A stretch of DNA of 63,504 bases from Perkinsus olseni (Eukaryota): the NCBI GenBank assembly GCA_013115125.1, contig JABANN010000136.1, forward strand, positions 1 through 63,504, written 5' to 3'. Of this stretch, positions 60,899 through 63,504 are shown one piece after another. Each line of letters begins with the position of its first letter. Within the stretch, counting starts at the first letter, position 1. Under the pieces are notes generated by a model. That model had not been told where the DNA came from. It did no database searches and saw nothing but the letters and a program-made list of their open reading frames with translations. The position numbers were made by a program, and so were the translations under genes.

Positions 60899-61970
60899 AC
60901 GAGCAGGAAGGACACTTGTTAATCCTGTAGATTTCTGTGCTTGCAAAACGCTGTTCGAAGTGAGAGAGACGAGTCGTCGTGGAAGATGATCCCAATGAGA
61001 ATAAGAAGCTTGCCGGTTATCTCAGATGTGTATAAGTTCGTTCCCCTTTCCTAGCATGTTGATCGTGAAGCATCATTGTTTATCGTTGAATGTAAGCGTT
61101 TGTGCGCGGAGGTTATCATTCAATCATCTGGGCTGCGTTCACAGTCCGGAACCATGTATTGCTCAAGGAAACCTTGGACTCACACACCCTTGCACTTGGC
61201 CGGTGAGAGCCGTTGTAATTGGCCTTCTTGAACTACGCCCGAAGCAAGCGCCTAGGGCGGAGGAGACGCCTATTTGGCCTTGGGTGAGGCGGCCGCTCTG
61301 CCAGCGGTCGAGGATATCACATTAGCGAGTAAAGACAACAGTTTGGCGCTAAGGTCGAAGTAGGGGCCGCCAACGAGTTGGCGAATGAAGAGGACAGTTT
61401 AGCGGCGAGCTCAACGGGGAGTCATGTTCAGCCAAAAATGCTCCCAGATTCATGATCAAGAGACATCAATCTCGGGGATGCTGCCCCGGGATAACCCCTG
61501 GAATCGTGCCTCCACGACATTTCCTATGCTTCCACTTCGATCGATCGCTGGGGTGCGCCCTTCGGGTTAAATAAGCACCAGCCCACTCGAGCGGCTCGGA
61601 TTTCCACGGACTACTCCCCTCTTGAGGCTGCCGCTCCTGCTTAAAATTCGGGATCCCTCATCATGCTCGGTGAGGTGCAGTCATAAGAGAGGCCAAGAGG
61701 TTCCTTGGAAGCGAGACGTGTCGACAGAAAGGACTGCGCGCAGCACCGGCGTAGTCCGAATCTTCCCTCCCTTCAACCACACAGCTCCTGTGCTCGTTGA
61801 GATACGCTGGACGAACGAGGCTAACGTGAACGCATGCAAGATTGAGTCTCAAGAGTTAATCTTGCATGGGTTCACGGTAGAAAATTGAGACAAGTTAGCT
61901 AGTTGGGGCTCTTAAGCCCGTCAAGGATGCGTTGACAACGAACCATGATCTAGCTTCGAACCCTTCTTTA

Positions 61971-62961
61971 ATGGCCTCCTCGAATCTTCTCGTCAACAGT
62001 TTATTCCGACTCGTCAAGTATCTTGGTGGGTATCGTACTGGTATCTTCCACCGGGGCGACTGACTTCAGACAGCAAGAACTGCTGTATGGACGGGTCCAC
62101 GGTGACGGAGCGGAGTATTTTTTCATACCGAGAGACGAAGTCTCCATCCCCGACATCGCCACTGCTCATCGACTCTACCTAACTAAGCATTACGCTCACT
62201 TCGAAGGGAAAGTGAGGAGTGAAGCGAGTGGGCACCAGCCAGACTGGACAGAGTTGGACACAATAAGTTTCCCACTGCACAACTCCTGGCAATATAATCA
62301 TGATGTTGTGACCAAGGCTAGGATTTACCGTCTCAAGGATGGTGAAACTGCGGAATACATTGCTGACGTCGTTAAGGACGAAAGATGCTTCGATAATATT
62401 CGTCGAAGGAAGGATTCTGATGTCGAAGAGTACAAGGCCGCACCAGAGAGCATCGAACGCGAGTTGCATCTGATCTGCCTGGGAGGCTTGTCTGCACTTC
62501 AACCCATCACTGACTTATCGGTGCTGGATGGTAATTACACAGGTATGCGCCAGGGAAGGGACTCCTGGTTCGAGTTCCGTAAGGGTAAAGTTGCTGACGC
62601 GACGCTCACTGTAAAACAGATCGACAAGGAATTTTTCTATGCGATCTACTACCCGCTTTGCGATGGGGTGATACTGGCTGAAGTACCAACCATGCACTCT
62701 TCTGTTGAAAAAGTGCCCACCTATACGATTTTTGAGAAATCGATGGTTCAGAAGCAACGCGTCTGGAGTCTTGCTTCGTGGAGAAGGAGACGTCAAAGAG
62801 CCGCCGCCGGTGGTGATGAAGGTGCTGGTCTACTAGACGATGATGATGAGTCGAACGCACTATGCCGTGCTACGCATTTGAGAAGGAGGCTTAGTCACGA
62901 TGTCCTCTACAACTGGGATTGTCACTTGCCCAATTCCTTCCTCCTTAAAGCAAATTTATAG
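61971..62961 (+). pseudogene. Secreted family protein, copy 4, with a +4 frameshift in the signal-peptide region
   Basis: The ATG at 61971 is homologous to copies 2/3 but out of frame with the 62023-62961 ORF (offset 52 nt): GTC AAGTATC TTG versus GTC ACC TTG in copy 3. Confidence 0.8.
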
Positions 62962-63504
62962 ACGAGCCGGAATGAAGCTTATTATTTCCGAAGGTATCTG
63001 TGAACGCCAGTAGATATGAGTTTTGATGTCGAGGAGCAGCCTTCCGCTGTCATTGAATGTTTATAAGTTCGTGCAGCCTAATCAGTCTTTTTATCACCCA
63101 GAGTATGTATTGGGAGGTCCTGCAGACTCTGGATTCGCATGTCATACAATAAGTTATTGCCGGTAAACAGCGATGACTCATAAGTGAGGCTACACACAGC
63201 CCTGCACCCGGAATAGAGTACTGAACAGAGCTGCGTTCACAGTCAATAACAATTTCTTGCTCGGAAGAGCTTGCGATTCATACCCCCTTGCTTTGGTCTG
63301 GTAGAAGCTGGGGAAGCCTTGCAGCACGGTCGTGTAGAGCGCTACAGAAAAGCGTAGCAAATGCGTGTTTCGGACGCTCTCGGTTGTAACCGCAACCCAA
63401 GGTCGTTCACTCGTATTGAATCGATAGGTGTAAACTGACTGCCGGAGATTGAGATGGCTCAGCCATCATGGCTGTCTCCCGAGTCGGGAATTGTCGGGAG
63501 CGCC

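Larger units (their letters stand above)
53360..63300 (+). repeat. Tandem segmental array, 4 units of about 2.1-2.9 kb (gene plus shared upstream and downstream blocks)
   Basis: A block starting GGGTGAGGCGG recurs near 53952, 56838, 59219 and 61282. 53360-53690 is duplicated at ~58825-59150. GATCGTGAAGCAT recurs downstream of copies 1-3. Confidence 0.93.

Overview
This is a gene-dense, intron-rich eukaryotic window. Many GT-AG introns are only about 45-100 nt, so the ORF track breaks up most genes. The CDPK, short introns and tandem secreted-protein array suggest an alveolate, most likely Perkinsus-like (inference). Gene models were spliced by hand and their boundaries are approximate. Recognisable genes: an N-terminally extended glutathione S-transferase, two tandem FYVE-like/C2/MCTP-type membrane proteins, CKS1, a KOW/KIN17-SH3-like protein, an EF-hand-like WD40 protein, an intronless CDPK, DCAF13/SOF1, lipoyl synthase, a senescence/spartin-domain protein, gamma-tubulin complex component GCP2, tRNA-His(GTG) and tRNA-Cys(GCA), plus several hypothetical genes. 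The last ~10 kb is a tandem array of four intronless genes for a ~325-aa secreted protein; two are disrupted and all are mosaics of one another. Most unusual observations: (1) two adjacent SOF1 introns that consist almost entirely of antisense tRNA 3' halves placed against the splice donor; (2) a 13-nt non-coding motif repeated six times, always on the host sense strand; (3) the mosaic secreted array with an Arg-run/Asp-run motif; (4) a 77-residue CDPK activation segment; (5) a pair of divergent paralogs sharing an unnamed domain, one ending in an Atg8-interacting-type motif.
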